A stretch of DNA of 64,000 nucleotides, taken from assembly GCA_964016885.1 (NCBI GenBank), contig OZ024763.1, forward strand, positions 620,001 to 684,000, given 5' to 3'. Below are positions 41,301 through 57,056 of this stretch, piece by piece. How positions within the stretch are numbered: position 1 is the first letter of the stretch; each line of letters begins with the position of its first letter. Under the pieces are notes generated by a model that did not search any database, was not told the origin of the DNA, and saw only the letters and a list, made by a program, of their open reading frames with translations. Source of the stretch: Eledone cirrhosa. Its lineage: Eukaryota. The position numbers and the translations under genes are program-made.

Positions 41301-41509
41301 ATTCATACATCTCTCTCGGCCCTCTGAAACGATCGTAATACAACGAACTATCTACTTACACCTGACTTCTGTTTTTTTTCTTATTGTTCTATGCTCAAAT
41401 GCCTGCGCGTGCACATAGACACACAGACGTATATTTTGGGTGGCTTTTACATGATATTTACCTGGTTACCCTAGATGATTAGGCTCGGTTATTACAAACA
41501 CTGTGGTTA

Positions 41510-42720
41510 ATCTGTTGGTGGTGGTGGTGGTGGTGTTGGTGGTGGTGGTGGTGTTGGTGGTAGTGATGATGGTGGTGGTGGTGGTGGTATTGATAGTGGC
41601 GGTTGTGGTGTTGGTGGTAGAGATGATGGTGGAGGTGGTGCTTTTGGTAGTGGCGGCAGTGGAGGTGGTGGTGTTGGTAGTGGCGGCAGTGGAGGTGGTG
41701 GTGTTGGTAGTGGTGGAGGTGGTGGTGTTGGTAGTGGCGGCAGTGGAGGTGGTGGTGTTGGTAGTGGCGGCAGTGGCGGCAGTGGAGGTGGTGGTGTTGG
41801 TAGTGGTGGAGGTGGTGGTGTTGGTAGTGGCGGCAGTGGAGGTGGTGGTGTTGGTAGTGGCGGCAGTGGCGGCAGTGGAGGTGGTGGTGTTGGTAGTGGT
41901 GGAGGTGGTGGTGTTGGTAGTGGCGGCAGTGGAGGTGGTGGTGTTGGTAGTGGTGGAGGTGGTGGTGTTGGTAGTGGCGGCAGTGGAGGTGGTGTTGGTG
42001 GTAGAGGCGGCAGTGGAGGTGGTGGTGTTGGTAGTGGCGGCAGTGGCAGTGGTGTTGTGGTGTGATGGTGATAGCAGCAGTGGTGGTGGTGTAGTGGTGG
42101 CAGTGGTGTTGTGGTGTGATGGTAGCAGCAGTAGTGGTGGTGGCGGTGTGATGGTGGTAGCAGCAGCAGTAGTGGTGGTGGTGGTGTAGTGGTGGCAGTG
42201 GTGTTGTGGTGTGATGGTAGCAGCAGTAGTGGTGGTGGCGGTGTGGTGGTAGAAGTGGTGGTGGTGTGATGGTGGTAGCAGCAGCAGTAGTGGTGGTGGT
42301 GGTGTTGTGGTGTGATGGTGGCAGCAGTAGTAGTGGTGGTGGTGTGGTGGTAGAAGTGGTGGTGGTGTAACAGCACCAAACATTATCTGTGTATGTTCAA
42401 GTATGTGTACTGAAGCACAAAACAATTTGTAATTTAATGACTGTTGTCCCCCCTCCCCTTCTCCTTCCTCCCTCCCCTCTCCTTTCCCCCATCTCTCTCT
42501 CTCTCCCTCTCACCCCCTCTCTCTCCCTATCTCCTCCCACAGTTAATATAAAAACCAATACCATATAATCGATACAGAAACACTTGTTGATATATTGTAT
42601 TATATCAACAGCTTTCTAACTACTATTACTACTACTACTACTACTACTACTATTACTACTACTATTGCTACTACTACTACTACTATTGCTACTGCTACTA
42701 CTACCACCACCACCACCATC

Positions 42721-42753
<33 letters not shown>

Positions 42754-42861
42754 GCTTCTGCTACTGTTACTACTACTATTACTACTGCCACTACTAGTGC
42801 TACTATTACTGCTACTACTACTACCACCACCACCACTACTACTACTACTACTACCGCCACC

Positions 42862-42912
<51 letters not shown>

Positions 42913-43191
42913 GCTACTGCTACTACTGCTACCACTAATACTACTACTATTAGTATTGCTGTTGCTGCTACTACTACTACTGTTGCAGTTACCAACACCA
43001 ATACTACTACTACACCTACACCTACGACGACCACCACTACTACTACTACATCTACGACGACGACCACCGCCACCACCACTACTACTACTACTACTACTGC
43101 ACCTACACCTACGACCACCACCACCACTACTACTACTACTACTACACCTACACCTAAGACCACCACCACTACTACTGCAACTACGACGACG

Positions 43192-43238
<47 letters not shown>

Positions 43239-43434
43239 CACTAATACTACTACTACTAGTATTGCTGTTGCTGCTACTACTACTACTGTTGCAGTTACCA
43301 ACACCAATACTACTACTACACCTACACCTACGACCACCACCACTACTACTACTACTACACCTACGACCACCACTACTACTACTACTACTACACCTACACC
43401 TAAGACCACCACCACTGCTACTACAACTACGACG

Positions 43435-43478
<44 letters not shown>

Positions 43479-43535
43479 ACCTACGACGACCACCACCACC
43501 ACCACCACCACCACCACCACCACCACTACTACTGC
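41510..43535. repeat. (GGT/AGT)n and (ACT/ACC)n trinucleotide fields, including a ~300-bp internal duplication
   Basis: Direct inspection; tagtattgctgttgctgctac..accaacaccaatac occurs twice. Confidence 0.9.
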
Positions 43536-44132
43536 ACTATAGTCCTAGTCATAATAATAATCATAGCCAGGTCATATGGTGCTAAACACTAAAACTGGGT
43601 GTTAGTGGTTTAATACTGGGGTGGGGTGGGGGTTAGTGTGGTGTGGTGTAGTTGGTGTGGTAGTGTGTTTTGTTTGTCTGGTGTTGGAATTTTAACTGTG
43701 TTGTTGTCTTTAGAGAGTGGCTTGTTGTATGGTTGGTCAAGTGTTGTCGACTGGATACCTTCTGTTACATCATCAATAAAGGACAGGCTACTTCACTGAC
43801 ACAATCAAATCATTAGAGCATGGGGCTAAATGCTTTGTGGTGGCATTTAGTTAGGGCTCTTTTTACATCCTGGGTTCGAGTCCTGCCCCAGTCAAAGTCT
43901 TTCATCTCTCTAACCCTCACAAACTAAAATTATCAGTCCAGATAACACCCCCCCCTCCCCTCAAAAAAAACAACAACAACAACAACCCCATAACCCTTTA
44001 ACATTTAAACTGGCCAAATCTGGTCAGAATCCTCTCATCTCTTTCTGTTCAAACCAGCTGTAACTGGCTGCTCATACTGATGTTAAGATATTGTTCTCAA
44101 AATAAAGAGTGGTTTCTGATGTCAAAATACAC

Positions 44133-44318
44133 AATTGTTTCGACTTTTGTCACAAGGCCAGCCTTTATCCCAGTGCATTACTGGTATTTTATTTTATAGA
44201 CCCAGTTCGGATGAAAGGCAAAGTTAACCTCAGAGCGAGATTTGAACTCAGAACGTAAAGGGACATAACTCTATGCTGCAAAGTAGGGTGTCTGACGCTC
44301 TGCCGATTCCGCCAATCA
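44133..44318 (-). mobile_element. SINE family A with possible tcaaaata TSD
   Basis: Tail, central block, B box and A box; tcaaaata on both sides. Confidence 0.85.
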
Positions 44319-44404
44319 AAATAAGTAATGTCAATGAGTTAGTGTTGGCTGGGGGTGGAATTTTTACTGCGATGTTTTTTAATCAGTTTGCACTCACCAT
44401 CATC

Positions 44405-44464
<60 letters not shown>

Positions 44465-44918
44465 GTTTATCGTTAATTTTCACGCTAGCATGGGCTAGAA
44501 GGGTTGTCCTATTTGAATCCAAGTCAAGGTCAGGTGACAATGTCTTTCGCATACAGAATCTGGATAAATAAATTAATTAGGGCCCTGTGTAATTAGACTA
44601 ATTATCTGTCGGTTCTTAAATTACATAAAACAGATGTTGTTGGTTTTTACTTATTACTAAAAGAGAAATTGGTTATCACTGCGGTTGTTGTTTTTTCTTA
44701 TTTTTTCTTATTTTTTTCTTTTTGGGGGGAGGTGGGTGTTGGGTGGGGTGATATATTTATTTATAGATCGTTGCCGACAAAGATAGATACTCAGTAGGTG
44801 CCCCATAACTGGCAATGGCAACAGTTACAGGGGTTTATAACCAAGGATTTATTATTGTAACCCTTGCTTCTGTTACTGTAGCTTGAGAATTGCTCTCTGT
44901 GTGTATTTGTGTGGTCCT

Positions 44919-46746
44919 TTAACCCTTTACCATTTAAACCAGCCATATCCGGCCAGCATTCTCTCATCTCATCTCATCTCATTCTGTTCAAATTGGCAAT
45001 AACTAGCCACTCATACTGATGTTAAGGTATTGTTCTCAAAATAGATAATATCAAAATCTCGATTCGATATTATGTGAGGTAAAGCCTCCATCGTGAAAAT
45101 ATGATAGTATATATAGAGTAATGTAAATGATAAAGGGTTAAACCAGCCGTATCCGGCCAGCATTCTCTCATCTCTTTCTGTTCAAACTAGCTGTAACTGG
45201 CCGTTCATAGTGACGTTAAGGTATTGTTCTCAAAATAAACAAGATCAAAATCTCATATTATATGAGATATTATGTGAGGTAAAGCGTTTACTGTGAAAAT
45301 ACAATAGTATTTATAGAGTAATGTAAATGTTATGTGAGATATTATGTGAGGTAAAGACTTTACTGTGACAATACAATAGTATATATAGAGTAATGTAAAT
45401 GTTATGTGAGGTAAAGCCTTTACTGTGAAAATATAATAGTATATATAGAGTAATGTAAATGTTATGTGAGATATTATGTGAGGTAAAGCCTTTCACCATG
45501 AAAATATAATAGTATATATAGAGTAATGTAAATGTTATGTGAGGTAAAGCCTTTACTGTGAAAATACAATAGTATATATAGAGTAATGTAAATGTTATGT
45601 GAGATATTATGTGAGGTAAAGCCTTTACTGTGAAAATACAATAGTATTTATAGAGTAATGTAAATGTTATGTGAGATATTATGTAAGGTAAAAACTTTAC
45701 TGTGAAAATACAAGAGTATATATAGAGTAATGTAAATGTTATGTGAGATATTATGTGAGGTAAAGCCTTTACTGTGAAAATATAATAGTATATATAGAGT
45801 AATGTAAATGTTATGTGAGGTAAAGCCTTTACTGTGAAAATATAATAGTATATATAGAGTAATGTAAATGTTATGTGAGGTAAAGCCTTTACTGTGAAAA
45901 TACAATAGTATATATAGAGTAATGTAAATGTTATGTGAGATATTATGTGAGGTAAAGCCTTTACTGTGAAAATATAATAGTATATATAGAGTAATGTAAA
46001 TGTTATGTGAGGTAAAGCCTTTACTGTGAAAATATAATAGTATATATAGAGTAATGTAAATGTTATGTGAGGTAAAGCCTTTACTGTGAAAATACAATAG
46101 TATATATAGAGTAATGTAAATGTTATGTGAGATATTATGTGAGGTAAAGCCTTTACTGTGAAAATACAAGAGTATATATAGAGTAATGTAAATGTTATGT
46201 GAGATATTATGTGAGGTAAAGCCTTTACTGTGAAAATATAATAGTATATATAGAGTAATGTAAATGTTATGTGAGGTAAAGCCTTTACTGTGAAAATATA
46301 ATAGTATATATAGAGTAATGTAAATGTTATGTGAGATATTATGTGAGGTAAAGCCTTTACTGTGAAAATATAATAGTATATATAGAGTAATGTAAATGTT
46401 ATGTGAGATATTATGTGAGGTAAAGCCTTTACTGTGAAAATATAATAGTATATATAGAGTAATGTAAATGTTATGTGAGGTAAAGCCTTTACTGTGAAAA
46501 TATAATAGTATATATAGAGTAATGTAAATGTTATGTGAGGTAAAGCCTTTACTGTGAAAATACAATAGTATTTATAGAGTAATGTAAATGTTATGTGAGA
46601 TATTATGTGAGGTAAAGCCCTTACTGTGAAAATACAATAGTATTTATAGAGTAATGTAAATGTTATGTGAGATATTATGTGAGGTAAAGCCTTTACTGTG
46701 AAAATACAATAGTATTTATAGAGTAATGTAAATGCTAAAGGGTTAA
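44919..46746 (+). mobile_element. piggyBac-type MITE dimer; the second copy carries a 60/72-bp satellite (45264-46733)
   Basis: TTAA|CCCTTT at 44919; AAAGGG|TTAA ending at 45141 and 46746; unit ttatgtgaggtaaagcctttactgtgaaaatacaatagtatatatagagtaatgtaaatg with or without 12 extra bp. Partial copy at 43991-44105. Confidence 0.85.
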
Positions 46747-47190
46747 AACATTATCATTCATGATCATGAGCTAATATCTGTTCCTTGTATATATATATGG
46801 TAGCCATTATTGGAATCATGACTGGCTGACAATATCTGTTGTACCAGGCGTCTGTGATCACAGTGCATGGGCGACCTCTGAATGTGGTGTCATGGTGAAC
46901 TCACTGGTTGGAGACAGCTCAACCTAACCTGGGTGTACTTCAGGGTGTCTCTGATTGATATGCATGGGCGACCTCTGTATGTGGTGTAGTAGTGCTAGTA
47001 TATGTTTGTGTATAGATAGATAGATAGATAGATAAGCATATAGCCTTTTGTTGATTTCTGACAGATTTTAGAGACCAAAGACCAATTGATGGTGTGTGAC
47101 ATGTTAAATAGGGAGGCATAGATAGATAAATAGATAGTTCGATAGATAGATATACAGACAGATAGTTAAATGGATAGACAGATAGTTAGA

Positions 47191-47520
47191 TATATTTCTT
47201 TATTAGCCACAGGGGCACAAAAGAAGGGGACAAATACAAAGGGGGAAGTTTACATACAATAAAAAACGTGTAAAATGTTATCACAGATGGAATTTAAAAG
47301 TTAATCGATTTTCCCCAATAGAGGGAGACAGTTTATATGGGTAACACATACCCCCGAAAAAAAAAATGTGCAACCCTCATCTCCAGGAGTACGAAGAGCT
47401 TGTACTCCCTTCCTCTCCTCCTCCTTTTCCTCAACCTACAGGCTGATATAGAGAGAAGGCCCATTCACTCGGGCCATTCTCGCCACTTTCACCCACCTTT
47501 CATAAAACCTGCTGGGGTAC
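47191..47520 (-). mobile_element. Longer copy of the AATAAA LINE-like 3' end, flanked on both sides by (GATA)n
   Basis: Matches 30449-30560; gata repeats before 47190 and after 47520. Confidence 0.7.
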
Positions 47521-47790
47521 ATAGATAGATAGATAGATATACAGAGAGATAGAGGCATAGTTGGATAGATAGATAGATAGATAATTTCCTTCAACCAGGA
47601 ACAAAGTGCTTAGCCCTCCTCCTCGTCCACTTCCTCCCCTTCCACTGCCTGGTCTCTCCCCCACCCCCACCCATCTCCTATCCACTTAATATAACATGAC
47701 TGAGTATATTCTCTTCAATGAGATTCTCTCCCTCACATCCAGTGTTTAGCAGTTTAGTGTGAAAGACTAAAAGAGTGAAAACACTGTTGC

Positions 47791-47874
<84 letters not shown>

Positions 47875-47961
47875 AGGAAATAATCCTTCTGAGAATTAGG
47901 TAGAGATATCTATTTACAGGATTTCAAACATGTGCCTGTTGCTTGCTGCATATAACATGGC

Positions 47962-48082
<121 letters not shown>

Positions 48083-48127
48083 TGTATATATACACAAACA
48101 TATTTACATATATATATATATAAGTTT

Positions 48128-48252
48128 AACCCGGGTTCAATTGGGGGTAACCACAGTAAGTAAGGTACTCAATACATAGCAGAGTATAGATATTTAATAT
48201 AGAAAGGCTTCTACTAGACTAGAACTGTTTCATTCGGGAAAAATCATCAGGA
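48128..48252 (-). mobile_element. Family A element with degenerate hammerhead (48206-48252)
   Basis: Minus strand CTGATGA-tttttcccgaat-GAAAC..GTA-gaagcc plus family tail. Confidence 0.7.
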
Positions 48253-48314
48253 TATATATATTTGCGTTACGTTTCGCTTTTTATACCCACCGAAAATGCG
48301 ATTCTCGCTGAATT

Positions 48315-49287
<973 letters not shown>

Positions 49288-49664
49288 CGCACCCTTGGTC
49301 TGGCAGGTCGCTTTTTTTCTCTCTCTCTCGTCTACGATTTCACAGAACTTACGTTCACCGAATTCACGGACTAGATCCCTTCTTCCTCCCGTTAGACCTG
49401 TACGGAATTCCTTCCTTGCTCACATTCCAACCAGGTTTGATGGTCTTTATTCTCTCTCGTTCACGATTTCACCGAATTTAAATTCATAGAAATTTGGGAC
49501 TTGACTCGTTCTTCCTCACTTTCTGTTGCTTCACCATTTTGTTTGTTTACACTCGCGTCCCCTTTAATTACGTGTCCCAACGACTTTTTTTAGCCGTTGC
49601 TTATGGTCTTTAAAGCGATGAAATACCAATGATGGTTGGAAGATCACTGATGAAGGACTAAATT

Positions 49665-49716
<52 letters not shown>

Positions 49717-50580
49717 TCATGTGTATACACACGCACACACAAACATACGAACACAAACACACACACGTGTACCCATCCAGCCACCCGGCATCCAACCAGT
49801 CAATATATTTACACTAATAGACCCTATCTTTGATTAGCTCCTAATTACTTCAGGAAGTTAACTTTCTTTCATCTGTTTAACATTCCCGCAATATCTACAT
49901 CTCTCTCTCTCCCTCCCTCTCAACCTCTTTCTACCCCCCTCTCATTATCTCTCTACCTCTCTGTTTCCCTCTCTGTCCCTCTCGCTACCTCTCTGTTTCC
50001 CTCTCTGTCCCTCTCTCTATTTACCTCTCTGTTTCCCTCTCTCTATTTACCTCTCTGTTTCCCTCTCTCTACCTCTCTCTCTACCTCTCTGTCCCTATCT
50101 TTACTTCTCTGTCCCTCTCTCTACCTCTCTGTCCCCCTCTTTACCTCTGTTTCCCTATCTCTACCTCTCTGTTTCCCTCTCTCTACCTCTCTGTCCCTCT
50201 CTCCACTTTTCTCTACCTATCACTCTCTTCCCCTTTCTATCTGATTCATTCAATCTCTTCCTCTCCTCTTCCCTCTCAATCTCTTCCTCTCTCTTTCTCC
50301 CCTATCTCTCTACCTCTCTTGATATCTCTCTCTCTCCCGCTCTCAACTCCTCTTCTTCCCCCTCTCTCAATCTATCTCTCTACCTTTCTCTTTCTCATCC
50401 TCTCTTTTTCTCAACTCCTTGTGGTTTGTCTCTTAAACTTTCTTAACTTCTTGTGCCCCCCCCCCCCCACTTCCCTTTGCTACCACCACCACCACCACCC
50501 TATTTCCTTTGATGAATGGTCTCTATGACTATAAATTCTTAAGTTTCTACAAGGATTATATATATATATGTGTATATATA

Positions 50581-50623
<43 letters not shown>

Positions 50624-50766
50624 ATATATATGTGTGTATATATGTATGTATGTATATTTGTGTGTATATATATATATATATATATGTGTACGTACGTATG
50701 TATGTATGTATGTGTACGTGTGTGTATATATATATATATATATATGTATGTTTGTATGTACATATA

Positions 50767-50844
50767 CAGGGTGTCCCCCCAAAAATGTATACACATTTAG
50801 TAGAATTCTGTTTAAGTGTGTATACATTTTTTTGGAAGACCCTG
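50767..50844. mobile_element. Tc1/mariner-type MITE (another copy at 62801-62886)
   Basis: TA|cagggtgtcccccc...gaagaccctg|TA. Confidence 0.8.
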
Positions 50845-50862
50845 TATATATATGTTTGTATG

Positions 50863-50894
<32 letters not shown>

Positions 50895-51304
50895 TGTATG
50901 TATATATATATATATATATACGTCAGTGTGTGTGTGGGGGGGGGGCAGTTCTTTAAATGTTTTACACCCAACCTCACAAACCATTTAAGAAGGGTTACAT
51001 ACACAGTTAAAAAAGATGTAAGCGGAGAACGCAAGAAATTTGTTTCCTCTTAATCTCCAACTTAAACCTAAACCATGTCCTCATCTGATTAGTTTTCATT
51101 TCAATGTTGTTCTTGTTGTTGTTGTTGCAGTTCCTTCGCCCTCTAGTCTTTAATATTCTTGTTTATTTTCACTGTAACTGGCGTCTCATCTGAAATTTCA
51201 TCCATTTTTCCATGTGTTGCTACTTCCCTCTCACCTCCTTTTTTTTACTTATTTAAATAATAAAAAAACTAAGGCAGTTTTTTTTTCTTCCTTTCTCTTT
51301 GTCT

Positions 51305-51343
<39 letters not shown>

Positions 51344-51445
51344 GGCGTGTGTGTGTGTGAAGGCATGCGTGTGTGTGTGTGTGTGTGTGTGAAGGCGTGT
51401 GTGTGTGAAGGCATGTGTGTGTGAAGGCATGTGTGTGTGTGTGTG

Positions 51446-51935
51446 AAGGCATGTGGCCTTGTGGCTAGAGTTGCGTGTGTAATTGGGATGCTGTGAGTTT
51501 GATTCTTGGACAGGGTGATGTGTTGTGTTCTTGAGCAAGACACTTTAATTTTGAGTGAAGGGTTTAGTGGTGGCTAGAGTATTGATTGGGCTTCCAATAG
51601 GGATGTGAGTTTGTTTGTTGTGTCCTTGAGCAAGGCACTTTAATTTTGATTGAAGACACATGTCCTAGTGGCTAGAGTATTGGGCATGCAATTAGGATGT
51701 GAGTTTGATTGTTTGTTGTGTCCTTGAGCAAGACACTTTATTTTTTTTATTGAAGACACATAGCTTAGTGGTTATAGCGTTGGGTTTGCAATTTGAATGT
51801 TGTGAGTTTGGTTCTTAGACTGTGTGATGTGTTTTGTCCTTGAGCAAGACACTTTATTTTTTGATTGAAGACATGTCCTATTGGCTAAAGTGTTGGGCTT
51901 GCAATCGTGAGGTTGTGAGTTTGATGATTTATATT
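51446..51935 (+). repeat. Tandem array of CORE SINE heads (four CORE blocks plus a fifth partial head)
   Basis: cttgagcaag(a/g)cacttta at about 51530, 51626, 51723 and 51839, each preceded by an A-box-like gtgg(c/t)ta(g/t)ag. Confidence 0.85.
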
Positions 51936-52764
51936 GAACTTCTCGCCCTTATTTCGGCTACACACACACTAGAAAGAGTTGAGGCCCATCAGCTGAGCTC
52001 TTGCCATTTCAACAGCTAGTTCCTGACTCTACTATCCCAAGTATCTAGTACTCTGTTGAATAATACTCTGACTAGTTCAATACTGGTCTAAACCTTACGG
52101 AAGTGTGAAAATAAATTTATTTTATTTATCATGAAGTTTATTAGAATTGTAGCTTTATTTTTAGAAAAGAGTCACCATTGTTGTTGTAGAAGTGATCGTT
52201 ACCTTGTTAACATTTGCAGAGATTTTGGGGGTTTAAATTAATGGCCACTGTAGCTCTAGATCTCCAGCCAGTGACCTAAACTGATCCTTGACCTTATAAG
52301 ACACAGGATAGTTTTCTGGGCCCTTTTTTGGTAGGAGGAGTGCATCGTATAAGCCATCAAATATGGTTGATTTGGAATTGATTTTGTTTTGTGACTTGGA
52401 ATGTTGTTCTATCTATTGATGTGTGTGTTGTTGTTGTTGTTGTTGTTGTAATAGAGGTGAAATCTGTTTGCACTGGGAGAGGAAATAGGGCCTTGATGAG
52501 AGCAACACAACAGGACAGCTACACACCCAAGTTATTTAAACATTACAGGATGTTGTTTTGTAAATAATTCTTGAACCATTCCTGCCCCCCCCCCTCTCTC
52601 TGACTCCGTCTCTCTCCCTCTCTCTCTCCCCCTCTCCCTCTCTCTCTCTGACCCCCCCTCTCTCCGTCTCTCTCTCTCGTTAATTTGTTGTCAGAGAAAT
52701 TGTTCTGACATTTTGACATTTTATCCAGCTTGGAAGTGTTTGTAACTTTAGGTTTATGAATGAC

Positions 52765-52824
<60 letters not shown>

Positions 52825-53314
52825 GATGTGACCGAGAGAGACTAATGACAGAGAGAGAGAGAGAGGCTAATGACAGGCAGATATATATATATATATAGAT
52901 AGAGAGAGAGAGAGAGAATAGGTGTGACTGAAAGAGACAGACAGAGAGAGAGAGACTGACTGTGGTTACACAAGGATCTGTTAATAAACTGACAAACAAA
53001 AAAATTCTTACTCCCAGAGGAGGTGAAATGTGAGGGGGTGGTTAGTAGATGTGGGTGGGGATGTAGTGGGTTAGTGGATGTTGGGTGGGGTGGGGCCAGT
53101 TAGTGGGTCTTAGGGGTGGGGGTGGGAGAAAGAGCAAAGTGTGCCTTTCAATCAAAGGGGAAAACTGTCTGTTTTAGACTAATGTAAGGATGGAAACAGT
53201 GTCTGAGGATTGTTAGGCTAGGGTGGGGTGGGTGGTGGGATGGTGGTTGTTAGGGTGGTGGTTGTTAGGGTGGTGGTATAGTTGGAAGGTAGTGGTGAGG
53301 GTGGTTGCTCTCTC

Positions 53315-53368
<54 letters not shown>

Positions 53369-53424
53369 GTAATGGTGGTGTTGGTGGTGGTCTTGAGAGT
53401 GGTTGTGGTGTCGGTGGTCAAGGT

Positions 53425-53476
<52 letters not shown>

Positions 53477-53519
53477 TCTCTCTCTCTCTCCAATTCCAGT
53501 GTTGATTATGGTGGTGGTG

Positions 53520-55245
53520 GTGTGCTTCTAGTGGTAGTGGTATTGGTGGTGATGGTGGTGGTATTGGTGGTGATGGTGGTGGTATTGGTGGTAGTGGTGA
53601 TGGTGGTGGTATTGATGTTGGTAGTGGTAGTGGTGATGGTGGTGGTATTGATGTTGGTAGTGGTGGTAGTGGTGGTAGTGGTAGTGGTGATGGTGGTGTT
53701 ATTGATGTTGGTGGTAGTGGTGGTAGTTGTAGTGGTGATGGTGGTGTTATTGATGTTGGTAGTGGTGGTAGTGGTGGTAGTTGTAGTGGTGATGGTGGTG
53801 TTATTGATGTTGGTGGTAGTGGTGGTAGTTGTAGTGGTGATGGTGGTGTTATTGATGTTGGTAGTGGTGGTAGTGGTGGTAGTTGTAGTGGTGATGGTGG
53901 TGTTATTGATGTTGGTGGTAGTGGTGGTAGTTGTAGTGGTGATGGTGGTGTTATTGATGTTGGTAGTGGTGGTGGTGGTAGTTGTAGTGGTGATGGTGGT
54001 GTTATTGATGTTGGTGGTAGTGGTGGTAGTTGTAGTGGTGATGGTGGTGGTATTGATGTTGGTAGTGGTGGTAGTGGTGGTAGTTGTAGTGGTGATGGTG
54101 GTGTTATTGATGTTGGTAGTGGTGGTAGTGGTGGTAGTTGTAGTGGTGATGGTGGTGTTATTGATGTTGGTGGTAGTGGTGGTAGTTATAGTGGTGATGG
54201 TGGTGTTATTGATGTTGGTGGTAGTGGTGGTAGTTGTAGTGGTGATGGTGGTGTTATTGATGTTGGTAGTGGTGGTAGTGGTGGTAGTGGTAGTGGTGAT
54301 GGTGGTGTTATTGATGTTGGTGGTAGTGGTGGTAGTTATAGTGGTGATGGTGGTGTTATTGATGTTGGTGGTAGTGGTGGTAGTGGTAGTGGTGATGGTG
54401 GTGGTATTGATGTTGGTGGTAGTGGTGGTAGTGGTGGTAGTTGTAGTGGTGATGGTGGTGTTATTGATGTTGGTAGTGGTGGTAGTGGTGGTAGTTGTAG
54501 TGGTGATGGTGGTGTTATTGATGTTGGTGGTAGTGGTGGTAGTTGTAGTGGTGATGGTGGTGTTATTGATGTTGGTGGTAGTGGTGGTAGTGGTAGTGGT
54601 GATGGTGGTGGTATTGATGTTGGTGGTAGTGGTGGTAGTGGTGGTAGTTGTAGTGGTGATGGTGGTGTTATTGATGTTGGTAGTGGTGGTAGTGGTGGTA
54701 GTTGTAGTGGTGATGGTGGTGTTATTGATGTTGGTAGTGGTGGTAGTGGTGGTAGTGGTAGTGGTGATGGTGGTGTTATTGATGTTGGTGGTAGTGGTGG
54801 TAGTTATAGTGGTGATGGTGGTGTTATTGATGTTGGTGGTAGTGGTGGTAGTTGTAGTGGTGATGGTGGTGGTATTGATGTTGGTAGTGGTGGTAGTGGT
54901 GGTAGTGGTAGTGGTGATGGTGGTGTTATTGATGTTGGTAGTGGTGGTAGTTGTAGTGGTGATGGTGGTGTTATTGATGTTGGTAGTGGTGGTAGTGGTG
55001 GTAGTGGTAGTGGTGATGGTGGTGGTAGTGGTGGTAGTGGTGGTAGTGGTGGTATTGATGTTGGTAGTGGTGGTAGTGGTGGTAGTGGTAGTGGTGATGG
55101 TGGTGTTATTGATGTTGGTAGTGGTGGTAGTGGTGGTAGTTGTAGTGGTGATGGTGGTGGTAGTGGTGGTAGTGGTGGTAGTTGTGGTAGTTGTAGTGGT
55201 ATTGATGTTGGTAGTGGTGGTAGTGGTAGTGGTGGTAGTGGTAGG
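53520..55245. repeat. GT-rich 45-54-bp minisatellite (gtggtgatggtggtgttattgatgttggt...)
   Basis: Direct inspection. Confidence 0.95.
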
Positions 55246-55834
55246 CAGATACTAATTGATCTAGTGGTATTCACAGACATGTTTCATTGAATCAGCCAGG
55301 GGGAGGGGGAGGAGGAATAACAGAGATGAGAGACAATATGATGGCGTTGATAGAATGGCGTGTGTATGTGTGTGTATTGGAGTGTGTGGATGTGTGTGTG
55401 TATAGGAGTGTGTGGATGTCTGTATATAGGAGTGTGTGGATGTGTGTGTGTGTATTGGAGCGTGTGGATGTGTGTGTGTCTTGTATGTGTGTGTGTCTTG
55501 GAGCGTGTGGATGTGTGTGTATTGGAGTGTGTGGATGTGTGTGTTGGAGTGTGTGGATATGTGTGTGTCTTGGAGTGTGTGTATTGGAGCGTGTGTATGT
55601 GTGTGTGTATGTGTGTGTGTATTGGAGTGTGTGGATGTGTGTGTGTATTGGAGTGTGTGGATGTGTGTGTGTGTTGGAGTGTGTGGATGTGTGTGTGTGT
55701 GTGTTGGGATTGGAGTGAAACAAAGTCTGCAATGTAGGCTGTTAATTCCAATGTTTATAGTATCTTTACTGGAGGACAGATTGTTGTGAAAATGTGAAAT
55801 ATTAGAGTAAAGTCTTTAATATTTAACCCTTTAG

Positions 55835-55932
55835 GTTAACCTCGGCAGGATTTGAACTCATACGGTAAAGGGCCATAACTCTGTGCTGCAAAGCATGCCG
55901 TCTGACCCTCTACCGATATTGCCAATCCACTG
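55835..55932 (-). mobile_element. SINE family A head flanked by ~24-bp direct repeats
   Basis: aaagtctttaatatttaaccctttag (about 55809) and aaagactttaatatttaactctttaa (about 55940). Confidence 0.75.
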
Positions 55933-55952
55933 CCCTGAAAAGACTTTAATAT

Positions 55953-57056
55953 TTAACTCTTTAATATTTACATTACTCTATATATACTATTGTATTTTCA
56001 CAGTAAAGGCTTTACCTCACATAATATCTCACATAACATTTACATTACTCTATATATACTATTGTATTTTCACAGTAAAGGCTTTACCTCACATAATATC
56101 TCACATAACATTTACATTACTCTATATATACTATTGTATTTTCACAGTAAAGGCTTTACCTCACATAATATCTCACATAACCTTTACATTACTCTATATA
56201 TACTATTGTATTTTCACAGTAAAGGCTTTACCTCACATAATATCTCACATAACATTTACATTACTCTATATATACTATTGTATTTTCACAGTAAAGGCTT
56301 TACCTCACATAATATCTCACATAACCTTTACATTACTCTATATATACTATTGTATTTTCACAGTAAAAGCTTTACCTCACATAATATCTCACATAACCTT
56401 TACATTACTCTATATATACTATTGTATTTTCACAGTAAAGGCTTTACCTCACATAATATCTCACATAACATTTACATTACTCTATATATACTATTGTATT
56501 TTCACATTAAAGGCTTTACCTTGCATAACATTTACATTATTCTATATATACTATTGTATTGTCACAGTAAAGGCTTTACCTCACATAACATTTACATTAT
56601 TCTATATATACTATTGTATTGTCACAGTAAAGGCTTTACCTCACATAATATCTCACATAACATTTACATTACTCTATATATACTATTGTATTTTCACATT
56701 AAAGGCTTTACCTTGCATAATATCTCGCATAACATTTACATTACTCATATACTATTATATTTTCACAGTAAATGCTTTACCTCACATAATATCTCACATA
56801 ACATTTACATGACTCTATATATACTATTATATTTTCACAGTAAAGTCTTTACCTCACATAATATCTCACATAACCTTTACATTACTCTATATATACTATT
56901 GTATTTTCACAGTAAAGTCTTTACCTCACATAACATCGAATCTATGAGATTGTGATATTATTTATCTTGAGAACAATACCTTAACATTAGAAGCCAGTTA
57001 TGGTTGGTTTGAGAATTCTGGCCGGATACAGCTGGTTTAAATGCTGAAGTGTCAAT
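55953..57056 (-). mobile_element. Inverted copy of the piggyBac-type MITE with its own 72/60-bp satellite (55966-56936)
   Basis: Unit is the reverse complement of the 45.3-46.7 kb unit; body ctggccggatacagctggtttaaatg and degenerate TIRs present. Confidence 0.85.

Noticed and set aside
41466-43585. Mucin-like Thr-rich or Pro-rich ORFs
   Set aside because: Trinucleotide repeat fields with no signal peptide, domain or splice support; open on both strands.
48262-48312. Additional hammerhead (minus-strand GAAACGTA)
   Set aside because: No CUGANGA core nearby.
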